DNA of 64,000 nt from Verrucomicrobiaceae bacterium (GCA_051252135.1 JBPOGH010000004.1:96001-160000); one strand, 5' to 3'. Shown: positions 30,350 through 38,855, numbered from the stretch's first letter. Translations and numbers: made by a program. The notes: generated by a model from the sequence alone, not told the origin.

Positions 30350-31219
30350 CTACTCGAGGCTCCAGCGGAGGAGTTTTTCGGAGTCGTCCCAGACGTTGGC
30401 GGAGTTGGAGCCGAGGACGACGGCGATGACGGCGCGGCCATTGAGGCGGCCGGAGGAGACGAGGCAGCGGCCAGCGGCGTTGGTGGTGCCGGTTTTCATG
30501 CCATCGCAGTAGGAGAGGCGGGAGAGGATTTTGTTGGTGTTGGAGAGGGTGCGGGTGCGGCCATCAGGGTAGGTGAAGACGTAGCTCCTGATGCGCATGG
30601 ACTCGCGGATGGCGGAGTATTTTTGGACTTCGCGGGCGAGGATGGCCATGTCGCGGGCGGTGGAGAACTGGTTGGGCTCGGTGAGTCCGTGTGGGTTGAC
30701 GAAGTGGGTTTGGCTCATGCCGATGCTGCGGGCGGTGCGGTTCATGAGGTCGGCGAACTGTTCTTTGGAGCCGGCGACATCGCGTCCGAGGGCCATGGCG
30801 ACGTCATTTCCGCTTTTAACGATGAGGGCTTTGAGAAGTTCGCCGCGGGTGTAGCGTTCGCCGGGCTTGAGGTAGAGCTTGGTGGGTTCGACGAGGGTGT
30901 CGGAGTGCTCGATGACGACTTCGTCTGTGAGGGGGCCGGCGCGGACGACGCAGAGGGCGGTGAGGAGTTTTTGGGTGCTGGCGACGGCGCGCTCGGTGCG
31001 GGCATTTTTTTCGAAGAGGATGCGGCCGGTGACGGCATCGACGACGATGGCGCTGGCGGCGTAGACCGAGGGGGCGGCGGGGTCCGGAAGGGCGGGGCGG
31101 ACGATGCTGGGTTGAACGCGGACGGGTGTGGCGATCACGGGAGCCGGCGGTGCAGCCGAGCTGCAGGCGGCGTGGAAGAGGATGAGGGAGAAGGCGGCAA
31201 AAATTCGCGCGACGGGCAT
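30350..31219 (-). CDS. D-alanyl-D-alanine carboxypeptidase (peptidase S11), probable lipoprotein
   Basis: ASTQK (SxxK), SGND (SxN), F.NPHGL, STARD, GMKTG.T.AAG.CL; signal ending in HAAC. Confidence 0.9.
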   Translation of the reverse strand: MPVARIFAAFSLILFHAACSSAAPPAPVIATPVRVQPSIVRPALPDPAAPSVYAASAIVVDAVTGRILFEKNARTERAVASTQKLLTALCVVRAGPLTDEVVIEHSDTLVEPTKLYLKPGERYTRGELLKALIVKSGNDVAMALGRDVAGSKEQFADLMNRTARSIGMSQTHFVNPHGLTEPNQFSTARDMAILAREVQKYSAIRESMRIRSYVFTYPDGRTRTLSNTNKILSRLSYCDGMKTGTTNAAGRCLVSSGRLNGRAVIAVVLGSNSANVWDDSEKLLRWSLE

Positions 31220-31284
31220 GGCGGGACTGTGCCTTTGAATGGGAAGTTCATCAAGAGCTCTCAAAGTTTTCTCTCGACGCAAAG

Positions 31285-31328
31285 TGGCTTTATGAATAGT
31301 GTTCAGGAAATCACTGTTCAAGAATTAT
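31285..31328. promoter_or_regulatory. Tandem degenerate LexA operators upstream of lexA
   Basis: TGGCT-ttat-GAATA g TGTTC-agga-AATCA c TGTTC-aaga-ATTAT: three 14-mers with a 15-nt period resembling the Verrucomicrobia LexA motif TGTTC-N4-GAACA. Confidence 0.6.
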
Positions 31329-31944
31329 GGCCAAAGGACTTACGACACGACAGCAGGAGCTTCTCGATTTTCTAAAATCCCATCATCATGAGAATGGGGT
31401 GATGCCCTCGACCCGTGAGATTCAGGCTCACTTTGGGTTTGCGAGTCAGACGGCGGCGATGAGTCACTTGAGGGCGTTGGAAAAGAAGGGGGTGATTCTC
31501 CGATTGGCGGGGAAGGCGCGGGCGGTGGTGTTTCCGGAGGAGTTGGAGCGCGAGGAAATTGTCGATATCCCGGTTTACGGAAGCATCGCAGCGGGAATGG
31601 CGGAGTCGGTGGAGGAGGAGAAAGAGGGTTGTATCTCGATTGATATCGCCTCGCTGGGGATTCCCCGCAATGCGCGGACGTTTGCGCTGAAGGTGCGTGG
31701 TGAGTCGATGATTGATGCGCACATTTGTGATCGCGATACGGTGATTCTGGAATTTCGCGAGCCTCGTAATGGAGATGTGGTGGCGGCGTTGATCGATGGG
31801 GAGACGACGTTGAAGAGGTTTGTGATGGAGAATGGTCGGCCGTTTCTCCATGCGGAGAACGAGCAGTTTCCCGATATTATCCCGGCCCGCGAGTTGGTGG
31901 TGCAGGGAGTGATGGTGGGGCTGTTGCGGAATGGTGGTTTTTAG
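31327..31944 (+). CDS. lexA: SOS repressor LexA
   Basis: LT.RQ..L, PS.REI..HFG, HL.ALE.KG wHTH; Ala-Gly cleavage site (IAAG); V.GESM catalytic Ser; TLKR catalytic Lys. Confidence 0.96.
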   Translation: MAKGLTTRQQELLDFLKSHHHENGVMPSTREIQAHFGFASQTAAMSHLRALEKKGVILRLAGKARAVVFPEELEREEIVDIPVYGSIAAGMAESVEEEKEGCISIDIASLGIPRNARTFALKVRGESMIDAHICDRDTVILEFREPRNGDVVAALIDGETTLKRFVMENGRPFLHAENEQFPDIIPARELVVQGVMVGLLRNGGF

Positions 31945-31962
31945 GACAGAGGGTATTCTTTG

Positions 31963-32502
31963 TTAGATCGCGCAGGATGCCTTGGGAGAAGTGGTTTTGT
32001 TCCAGGGCATTTTGGCGAGGAGGAGGGCGAGGCCGCACCAGCCGGTGGAACCTGCCATGGTGAGGCCGGCTCCGAAGAAGGCGGATCCCCAGGCGAAAGC
32101 GGGGTGAATGAAGAGGGCGAGGAGTGAGAAGGTGAGGACACCGAGGCCGATGATGAGTTGGACCTGACGCATGAGGGGGAGGATTTTTCGCGAGGTCCGT
32201 TGAAGGGGGAGGCCTTCCTGTTCCCAGGCGTTGATGCCTCCTTCAAGGATGCAGAGTTTGGTGAAGCCTTTTTCGGTAAGGATGCGGTGGGCTCGTTCGG
32301 CTCTTTTGCCGGATTGGCAGATGAGGAGGTAGGACTTCCCGGGGTCGAGTTGGGTGCAGCGATTTTCCAGTTCGTCGACGGGGAGGTGGGGCGTTCCGGA
32401 GATGTGTTTTTCCTCGACCTCGATAGCGGTGCGAAGGTCAAGGGCGGTGGCGGCGGGGTCGTTGAGGTGGCCCTGGCTGTCTTTTGGGGAGAGGGTTTTC
32501 AT
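31963..32502 (-). CDS. Rhodanese domain plus DUF2892 membrane protein (YgaP-like)
   Basis: D.R...E....HI.G, active loop CQSGKRA, LEGG..AW; C-terminal RQVQ...G.GL..AG.TGWCG.A.LLAKMPWN. Confidence 0.88.
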   Translation of the reverse strand: MKTLSPKDSQGHLNDPAATALDLRTAIEVEEKHISGTPHLPVDELENRCTQLDPGKSYLLICQSGKRAERAHRILTEKGFTKLCILEGGINAWEQEGLPLQRTSRKILPLMRQVQLIIGLGVLTFSLLALFIHPAFAWGSAFFGAGLTMAGSTGWCGLALLLAKMPWNKTTSPKASCAI

Positions 32503-32506
32503 GGGT

Positions 32507-33007
32507 TTATTGGGATTTGTTTTTCGATTGTTTCTTATCGAGAGAGGTGGTGTCGGGGTGTTCACGTTCTACCGAGGCTGCGCCCTCTTTGACGAAGGAG
32601 GAGACGATGCGGGCGTGGTTTTGGGCGACCTTGATGGCGCGGGGGTTTTTACCGACGACGATGATCTTTATTCCATTTTTGAGGGGAGTGATGGTGGCGT
32701 CGAGGTGATCGTAGTGTTCCACCATCTCGGCGTAGGCGGGGTCCCAGCGACGAACCATGGCACCGGAGTCGAGGCGTTTCTCCATGTAGGCGACGTGGGT
32801 TTTGAGTTTTGCGACGAGCTCTTTGTTGTCGCTGGTGGTTTCGGCCCGATATCCGGTGGGCGTAATGGTTACCTTGCGGTTGAGCTCCTTGTGGTGTTCA
32901 GCCATGAAGTGGATGATGTCACGCTGTTCCTGAGGGAGGGGGCCGCGGAAGGATTGGGCGTTGGAGTTAATGCAAAGTAGAAGAAAAAGCAGGGGGAGAA
33001 GTTTCAT
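32507..33007 (-). CDS. Hypothetical secreted protein
   Basis: Signal peptide; His-containing body (EHHKEL.RKV, LKTHV..M..R, Q.HA.IVS.F); lies between the ArsR operator and the rhodanese gene. Confidence 0.75.
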   Translation of the reverse strand: MKLLPLLFLLLCINSNAQSFRGPLPQEQRDIIHFMAEHHKELNRKVTITPTGYRAETTSDNKELVAKLKTHVAYMEKRLDSGAMVRRWDPAYAEMVEHYDHLDATITPLKNGIKIIVVGKNPRAIKVAQNHARIVSSFVKEGAASVEREHPDTTSLDKKQSKNKSQ

Positions 33008-33025
33008 GGGAATTCGGGGTTGTGA

Positions 33026-33045
33026 ATATACGGATATTCGCATAT
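33026..33045. promoter_or_regulatory. Putative ArsR-family operator
   Basis: Imperfect 20-bp palindrome ATATACGGATATTCGCATAT in the 51-bp divergent intergenic gap. Confidence 0.6.
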
Positions 33046-33058
33046 AAAGATTTGTCGA

Positions 33059-33406
33059 ATGAAAAAAGCGAAGAAAAAAGAGGGGAAGCTGACAGCGGAG
33101 GGGCTGGAGCGAGTGGCGGGCCTGTTCCGGGTGTTGGGGGAGGCGGGGCGTTTGACCTTACTTCAGGAATTGAAGGTGGGGGAGAGGAGCGTGAACGAAT
33201 TGGTGGAATGCTCGGGGATGAGTCAGGCGGCGGTATCGAGGCAGCTCAAGTCACTTCATGAGGCCGGAGTGTTGAGTCGGCGCAAGGAGGGGACGAAGGT
33301 TTATTATGCGGTGGCGGACGTGATGATTTATGAGCTTTGCGAATTGGTGTGCGGCAAGTTGATGAAGGATCAGAAGACGCGGCAGGAGATTGAATATATG
33401 ATTTGA
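33059..33406 (+). CDS. ArsR/SmtB family transcriptional regulator
   Basis: A.LFR.LGE..RL.LL..L..GE.SV.EL....SQ..VS.QL..L...G.L.RRK.G..VYY; C-terminal CELVC. Confidence 0.92.
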   Translation: MKKAKKKEGKLTAEGLERVAGLFRVLGEAGRLTLLQELKVGERSVNELVECSGMSQAAVSRQLKSLHEAGVLSRRKEGTKVYYAVADVMIYELCELVCGKLMKDQKTRQEIEYMI

Positions 33407-33418
33407 GGAAGCCCGGGA

Positions 33419-34285
33419 TCATGGCCGCAGGGCGTCGAGGAAGGCGCGTTCCCATTCTTCGAGAGAGCGTTTGGAGGAGTAGCCAAGGGAGACGCACACC
33501 GGGTTTGGCGCGGGTTTGAGGGGAAGGATTTTGATGGAGGGGCCGATGTTTGCACCTTCGGCGACGAAGGCCATGCCAAGACCGGCTTCGATGCCGAGGC
33601 GGAGGCTGGAGATGCCATCGAACTCACCGGCGATTTTGGCATTCACTTGATTGGTGCGGAAGTAGCCGGTGACGTTCTTCCAGTAGCCGGGGTAGTCGTG
33701 GCGGGAGAGGAGAAGGAGGCGCTGGCCGTCGAGATCGGCAGGTTTGATGAAGCGTTTTTTGGCGAAAGGGTGCTTGGTGGAGATAGCGATGCGGACGTCC
33801 TTTTTGCGGAGCGGTTCCCAGCGGATGGCGGGGTCATCGGTGGCGACCTCGATGATGAGGTCGAGTTCTCCATTGGCCAGTTTAACGGCCATTTCGTGAG
33901 TGGAGCAGTCGAACCAGCTGACGCGGACGCGGGGGAAGCGTTCGGCGAAGCAGGACATGGCGACTTCGATGAGGCCGGAGGCGAGGGAGGGAGCGAAGCC
34001 GATGCGCATCTCGGCGCCATCGATCTGGCTTCGCATGCGTTGGACTCCGAGCTTGGCGGCGCGTTGGATTTGGAGGCCTTCCTTTTGGACGGTCCTACCG
34101 GCGCGGGTGAGGGTGATGGATCTGTTTCCCCGCTCGAAGAGGGTCCATCCGAGGTCATCTTCGAGGGCTTTGATTTGTCGACTCAGGGCGGGTTGGGTCA
34201 TGTTGAGCTGACGAGCGGCCTCCGAGATGTTGAGGAGGGAGGCGACCTTGAGGAAGTAGTCCAATTGCCGAAAGTTGATGTCCAT
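33419..34285 (-). CDS. LysR family transcriptional regulator
   Basis: RQL.YF..VA..LNIS.AA.QL.MTQPALSRQIK.LE..LG..LFER..R...LT.AG. Confidence 0.95.
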   Translation of the reverse strand: MDINFRQLDYFLKVASLLNISEAARQLNMTQPALSRQIKALEDDLGWTLFERGNRSITLTRAGRTVQKEGLQIQRAAKLGVQRMRSQIDGAEMRIGFAPSLASGLIEVAMSCFAERFPRVRVSWFDCSTHEMAVKLANGELDLIIEVATDDPAIRWEPLRKKDVRIAISTKHPFAKKRFIKPADLDGQRLLLLSRHDYPGYWKNVTGYFRTNQVNAKIAGEFDGISSLRLGIEAGLGMAFVAEGANIGPSIKILPLKPAPNPVCVSLGYSSKRSLEEWERAFLDALRP

Positions 34286-34298
34286 GCCTGAAAAGCAT
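34284..34298. promoter_or_regulatory. LysR recognition site (T-N11-A)
   Basis: ATGC-ctgaaaa-GCAT palindrome overlapping the LysR start codon, upstream of the divergent pirin gene. Confidence 0.6.
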
Positions 34299-34354
34299 GG
34301 TTAGGCCAAAAAGACAGCATTAGCCAGCATGGAAACGAGGAGGTATAAAAAGGC

Positions 34355-35068
34355 ATGACAACGACAGTCCAACCGAAGATTCAAGTCCGACGTGCTGGTG
34401 AGCGCTTTCACTCCGACCATGGATGGCTCAAGGCGTGGCACACCTTTTCCTTTGCCGATCACTATGATCCCGGGTTTACGGGATTCAGTTCCCTGCGGGT
34501 GATCAATGACGACACCATTTCCGCCCGGCAGGGATTTGGGGAGCATCCGCATCGGGACATGGAGATTATCACCTACGTGATTGAGGGTGAACTTGAGCAC
34601 CAGGATTCGATGGGTAATGGGAGGGTGATCAAGGCGGGGGAGTTTCAATATATGTCGGCGGGGAGCGGGGTGCGGCATGCGGAGTTCAATCCGTCGGCGA
34701 CCGATCCGGTTCATCTTTTGCAGATTTGGATTCAGCCGAATGAGCGCGGAGCGGAGCCGCGGTATGAGGAGCGGGCGGTGGGGCAACTGGAGGCAGGAGG
34801 GCCGCTGACGCTGGTGGCATCGGTTGATGGCCGTGAGGGATCGTTTGCGATTCGGCAGGAGGCAGAGATGCGCTTTGGGAGATTGGTGGCGGGGCAGAAG
34901 GTGGCTCTGAAGTCGGAGATGCCGCGTCATTGGCTGCATGTGATTTCCGGATCGGTGGCGGTGGGGGGAGAGGTGCTTGGTGAGGGGGATGGGGCGGCGA
35001 TTACCGGTTCCTTGCAAGAGTTGGCAGCGGGTGCAGACTCGGACTTCATCCTCTTTTCACTTTCCTAA
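34355..35068 (+). CDS. Pirin family protein (YhhW-like)
   Basis: HGWL...HTFSFA, LRVINDD, GFG.HPHRDMEI.TYV..G.LEH.DSMGN, MSAGSGV.H.E.N, LLQIWI.P. Confidence 0.95.
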   Translation: MTTTVQPKIQVRRAGERFHSDHGWLKAWHTFSFADHYDPGFTGFSSLRVINDDTISARQGFGEHPHRDMEIITYVIEGELEHQDSMGNGRVIKAGEFQYMSAGSGVRHAEFNPSATDPVHLLQIWIQPNERGAEPRYEERAVGQLEAGGPLTLVASVDGREGSFAIRQEAEMRFGRLVAGQKVALKSEMPRHWLHVISGSVAVGGEVLGEGDGAAITGSLQELAAGADSDFILFSLS

Positions 35069-35080
35069 ACGATTACGACC

Positions 35081-35623
35081 ATGAAATTACTGATTATTGC
35101 AGCCACGAGTCACCTGGAGTCGATCAATCTGGCTTTGGCGAGCCATGCGGGGCGTCTGGTGCCGGGAGCGGAGCTGAACATTTTGGATCTCAATGATTAT
35201 GAGATGCCGATCTACTCGGAGGATCGCGAGGAGGCCACGGGGATTCCGGAAGCGGCAGGAAGGTTTATTGATGCGATTCAGGAGTCGGACGGGGTGATTC
35301 TCTCGCTGGCGGAGCACAACGGGAGTTACTCGGCGGCCTTTAAGAATATTTACGACTGGGCGTCGCGGAAGGAGCAGAAGGTGTGGGGCGGGAAGCCGAT
35401 GTTGCTGATGGCGACCTCGCCCGGTGGTCGGGGAGGAGCGACGGTGTTGGCAGCGGGAGAGGCGACCTTTCCCAGGATGGGGGCGGAGTTGGTGGCGACG
35501 TTTTCGCTGCCATCCTTTTACGATTCCTTTTCGGAGGAGGGGATCAGCGATGCTGAGTCACGGGAGAAATTTTTGGCTGCTTTGGGAGCCTTCACGAATC
35601 ATCTTAACAACAAGAATCTATGA
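35081..35623 (+). CDS. NAD(P)H-dependent FMN reductase
   Basis: S...SIN, DLNDYEMPIYSEDRE, EHNGSY.AAFKN..DW.SR, TSPG.RGG. Confidence 0.9.
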   Translation: MKLLIIAATSHLESINLALASHAGRLVPGAELNILDLNDYEMPIYSEDREEATGIPEAAGRFIDAIQESDGVILSLAEHNGSYSAAFKNIYDWASRKEQKVWGGKPMLLMATSPGGRGGATVLAAGEATFPRMGAELVATFSLPSFYDSFSEEGISDAESREKFLAALGAFTNHLNNKNL

Positions 35624-36000
35624 AAAACGCTACATTGATCGCACGGATACTCCTCGGAGCCGCCTTCCTGACCTTCGGGTTGAACTACTATCTTGGTTTC
35701 CTTTCGATGCCTCCGCAAGAGGGGCTGGCAGGGCAGTTCATGGGGGCAATTTATCAGTCGGGATATCTGGGGGTGGTGAAGAATATTGAGATTGCGGGCG
35801 GGCTGCTGTTGTTGACGGGGCGGTATGCGCCGTTGGGGCTGACCTTGTTGGGTCCGGTGGTGATTAACATCGCGCTCTTTGATGTTTTTTTGGCGAAGGC
35901 CTTTAATCCGGTTGGGGCGTTGGTGGGGGTGTTGTCGCTCTTTTTGCTGATCGCCTGGCGCGGAAATTTCAAGGGGCTGGTTGCGGCACCGCGGGGCTAG
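35620..36000 (+). CDS. DoxX family membrane protein
   Basis: RILLG..F..FGLN, SGY...VK.IEI.GG.LLL, P...NI; four TM segments. Confidence 0.8.
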   Translation: MKNATLIARILLGAAFLTFGLNYYLGFLSMPPQEGLAGQFMGAIYQSGYLGVVKNIEIAGGLLLLTGRYAPLGLTLLGPVVINIALFDVFLAKAFNPVGALVGVLSLFLLIAWRGNFKGLVAAPRG

Positions 36001-36014
36001 GTTCCCGTGAAAAG

Positions 36015-36098
36015 TCACCTGCCCAATGGAACCCCGTCCGGATAGGAGGGGGAGCCAGGGTTTCGCACCGAGGCGAAAAATGGGCCTGGGGCGGGTGA
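36015..36098 (+). ncRNA. Candidate structured intergenic RNA (three-way junction), unclassified
   Basis: P1 TCACCTGCCC/GGGCGGGTGA; P2 CCCC.TCC/GGAGGGG; P3 CAGG/CCTG extended by TTTCGC/GCGAAA. Structure only; family not recognised. Confidence 0.3.
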
Positions 36099-36149
36099 AT
36101 GAAAAGCGAGGGAAGTCGCGGCGCGCCGCCTCCGAACCTTCGTTGGTGC

Positions 36150-37157
36150 CTAGGCGAGGATGCCGCGGGCTTTGAGGTTGTTGAGGCGGTGGGCGGTTTC
36201 GATGAGGCCGTCGACCATGACCTGGGTGTAGTCGCGGCCGTCGGTGGTGTCGACGCCGTGTCCGGGTTCGAGGTCGCGGAGGCCCTGGAGGGCGGGGTCA
36301 TCGTGGCGGAAGAGTTCGACGTAGGCGCTGGGGAGTTGTCCGGTGCGGGCGCAGGCGGCGAGGAGGGCGGGGACCCAGCCGAGGTCCGAGGTGAGGCAGC
36401 CGCGGGTGGTGGGGACGGAGCAGTGGTAGGGGCCGATGTGGTTATTGGCGGCGAGCTGCTGGATGAGGGTTTCGTTTTCCTGCATGGTGAGGCCGGAGTC
36501 GCCACAGTGTGCGGCATCGACGAGGACGCGGAAGAAGGAGTGGCCGAGTTCCTCGCGGAGGCCATCGATGATGGGCATGAGTTTGGCGAGGGAGGTGAAG
36601 TTCTGGAATTCGCCGGGGCGGAGGAATTCGATGTTCCAGTTTTGGACGCAGGAGTCGGCGAGGCCGCTCTCGCGGTAGGCGCGGGCGTGGAGTTTGATGT
36701 TTTGGGCAACGCGGGCGTCGAACTCGGCCTGGTCTTTGGGCGGGTCTCCGACCATCCATGCTTCGATGGAGGTGGAGTTGATTTGGGTGATGCCGTTGCG
36801 GATGGCGCAGCCGATGTTGACCTGGAGTTGGGCGAGGGAGGCGTCTTCATCGGCAGGGTCCATGGGGTTGACGCCGCCGACCATCATGACGAGTTGGGGG
36901 TCGAGGCCGAGGGCTTTGACGCCGGTGATGAGCTCGTCCATGTCGGCGGGTTTGGTGGTGCCGAAGGAGGAGATTTGGATTTCGTCGACGATGACGGGGG
37001 CGAGGTTGACGATGTCGCGTGCGCCGGCGAGGACGACGAGTTCGCCATCGGCATTGCGCGGGAGGTTGCCGTTGTCATCGGGGACGAGGGCGTCGAGGAA
37101 GCCGAGGTGGGTGCCGAGGATGCCGAGTTTGACGCCGGAGTTGTTTGAGATGGTCAT
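36150..37157 (-). CDS. Xylose-isomerase-like TIM-barrel protein (sugar epimerase/isomerase superfamily), divergent
   Basis: Start MTISNNSGVKLG at 37157; WNIEFLRPGE, VLVDAAHCG, YHCS.P.RG, YVELF resemble the E/D-x-x-H/H/E metal ligands of this fold. Confidence 0.6.
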   Translation of the reverse strand: MTISNNSGVKLGILGTHLGFLDALVPDDNGNLPRNADGELVVLAGARDIVNLAPVIVDEIQISSFGTTKPADMDELITGVKALGLDPQLVMMVGGVNPMDPADEDASLAQLQVNIGCAIRNGITQINSTSIEAWMVGDPPKDQAEFDARVAQNIKLHARAYRESGLADSCVQNWNIEFLRPGEFQNFTSLAKLMPIIDGLREELGHSFFRVLVDAAHCGDSGLTMQENETLIQQLAANNHIGPYHCSVPTTRGCLTSDLGWVPALLAACARTGQLPSAYVELFRHDDPALQGLRDLEPGHGVDTTDGRDYTQVMVDGLIETAHRLNNLKARGILA

Positions 37158-37327
37158 GTTGGGAGGGAGAGTTTCAGATGATGGGGATGGGGTGAAGGCA
37201 AAGTTTTGGGGTTTGCGGGGATTGTTTGCGGGCTGGCGAGGGTTGAGCCGGGAGCTTGATGGAAAGCTTGGTTGGGGGGGAGGTGTCCGCAGATTAAGAG
37301 GATTTGTGCAGATGGTTGGGGGTGGGA

Positions 37328-38068
37328 TTAGTTGAGGAGGGTGGTGAGGTGGAGGATGAAGGGTTGGTGTTTGGAGGGGGAGTCGTTGTGCCATTTCAGG
37401 AGGAAGGCGGAGAGGGTTTGGCCGGGGGGGGCGGGGTTTTTGTTGAGGGTGGTGAGGGCGAGCCAGTGGTTGGGGTCGATTTGGAAATGGGGGAGGAGGA
37501 TGTTGGCGATGGCACCATTTTTTGCGCGGAGGGTGGGGTCTTTGCGGAGGGCGGGGAGGTTTTGTTGGAGGTAGGCGGGGAGGGTTTCGGGGGTGATTTT
37601 TTCGCGGGTGGCGATGATGTTTTGGGCGTAGGTGTGGAGCTGATGGCGGTAGGATTTCCAGTGGGGGTGATCGCGCCATTTGAGGGAGAGTTGGCGGAGG
37701 GCGAAGAGGGAGGCGGTTTCGCAGAGGGTTTCCTCGAGCCATTTGTTATCGGTGGCGTCATTTCGAAATCCGGCGCGGACGTGGGTGAGCTCGTGGGCGA
37801 ATTGGTAGATGTACTGGCACCAGTAGCGCTGGCGGACGTTGAGGTGGATGATGAACTCGCCGCGGGGGGAGCGATCGAAGAGGGTGAGGGGGCCTTTGGG
37901 GGAGTTGGTGATGAAGAGGGGCGGGAGGTCGGCCTTGGGGAAGACGGAGATGGTGGCGTCGATGATGGCGCGGACTTCGGTCGCGGGGACGTCGAAGCTT
38001 TGGGCATCGATGCGGATTTGGCCCGGGGCGGGGAGGGCGAGGAGGAGAATGAGGAAGAGGAGCCTCAT
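37328..38068 (-). CDS. Secreted hypothetical protein with HExxH zinc-peptidase-like motif
   Basis: Signal peptide MRLLFLILLLALPAPG; YQFAHELTH and downstream WLEETLCE; start overlaps the fur stop (ATGA). Confidence 0.7.
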   Translation of the reverse strand: MRLLFLILLLALPAPGQIRIDAQSFDVPATEVRAIIDATISVFPKADLPPLFITNSPKGPLTLFDRSPRGEFIIHLNVRQRYWCQYIYQFAHELTHVRAGFRNDATDNKWLEETLCETASLFALRQLSLKWRDHPHWKSYRHQLHTYAQNIIATREKITPETLPAYLQQNLPALRKDPTLRAKNGAIANILLPHFQIDPNHWLALTTLNKNPAPPGQTLSAFLLKWHNDSPSKHQPFILHLTTLLN

Positions 38069-38565
38069 TTTCTGCGGTTGGGGAGGCGTTTTCCTCCGAC
38101 GCGGGCTTTGATGAGCTCCGGGCAGGAGCCGCCGTTGCGGAGGCGCTCGCAGGCGGCCTCGATGCGAAGGGATTGGCGGACGGGGCGGTAGCCGAGTCGG
38201 CGGGTGACGCAGTCGTTGAGGAGATCGAGGTGTGAGTCTTCGAACTCGACGACTTTTCCGCAGTCGACACAAACGAGGTGGTTGTGGTTGGGGTGGTCGA
38301 CGAAGTTGGGGTCGTAGGTTTTTTGGCCGTCGCCGAGGTCGATCTCGTGGATGAGGTTGGCTTCCTCGAGGAGGGCGAGGGTGCGGTAGACGGTGGCGCG
38401 GGAGGGTCGAGAGCCGGCGGAGCGGAGACGGTCGAAGAGTTCTTCGGGGGTGAAGTGCTCATCGGAGGCGAAGATGACGTCGACGATGCCATCGCGCTGG
38501 CCGGTCTGGCGGAGACCTTTTTTGCGGATGAATTCGTTGAGGCGTTCGCGGATGTCGTTTTCCAT
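38065..38565 (-). CDS. Fur family transcriptional regulator
   Basis: GLRQT.QR, HF..EEL, SRATVYRTL.LL.E, H.HLVC.DCGKV.EF, C-terminal C. Confidence 0.93.
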   Translation of the reverse strand: MENDIRERLNEFIRKKGLRQTGQRDGIVDVIFASDEHFTPEELFDRLRSAGSRPSRATVYRTLALLEEANLIHEIDLGDGQKTYDPNFVDHPNHNHLVCVDCGKVVEFEDSHLDLLNDCVTRRLGYRPVRQSLRIEAACERLRNGGSCPELIKARVGGKRLPNRRK

Positions 38566-38704
38566 GCTCTTGGGGGATGGTAGTGATTTTTTAGGGGAAT
38601 GGGAAGGGAATGAAATTTGAGATTTGAGAGATGAGATTTGAAGATTGAGAGGCTTGGTTGGGGGGAGGGAATGGATGATTTGAGGATTGGACGAATGGAT
38701 GATT

Positions 38705-38805
38705 GGCTTGGGTTGGGGGGGCTTGGGTTGCGGGGGCTTGGTTGCGGGGGCTTGGTTGCGGGGGCTTGGTTGCGGGGGCTTGGTTGCGGGGGCTTGGTTG
38801 CGGGG
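38705..38805 (+). repeat. G-rich tandem repeat, unit CTTGGTTGCGGGGG (14 nt), 7 copies
   Basis: Unit starts at 38707 and 38722 (15-nt variants), then 38737, 38751, 38765, 38779, 38793. Confidence 0.95.
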
Positions 38806-38855
38806 TGATTGGTTTTGGGATTGATTGTGGGTTGGGGAAGTTGGAGGGTGGGGGG

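Noticed and set aside
36015..36098. tRNA-Sec (selC) or another tRNA
   Set aside because: No UCA anticodon loop, no T-loop GTTCRA, no cloverleaf or CCA end.
37158..37742. N-terminal ~195 aa of the 530-aa track ORF 36150..37742
   Set aside because: Pro/Arg-rich off-frame translation overlapping the HExxH gene; the plausible start is ATG 37157.
38705..38805. CRISPR array interpretation of the tandem repeats (also 56691-56768)
   Set aside because: Units are 13-15 nt and directly adjacent, with no unique spacers; no cas genes in the window.
38703..38855. Repeat-encoded N-terminus (AWLRGLGCGGLVAG) of ORF 38703..39317
   Set aside because: Translation of the 14-mer tandem array; a lipoprotein signal begins at GTG 38856.
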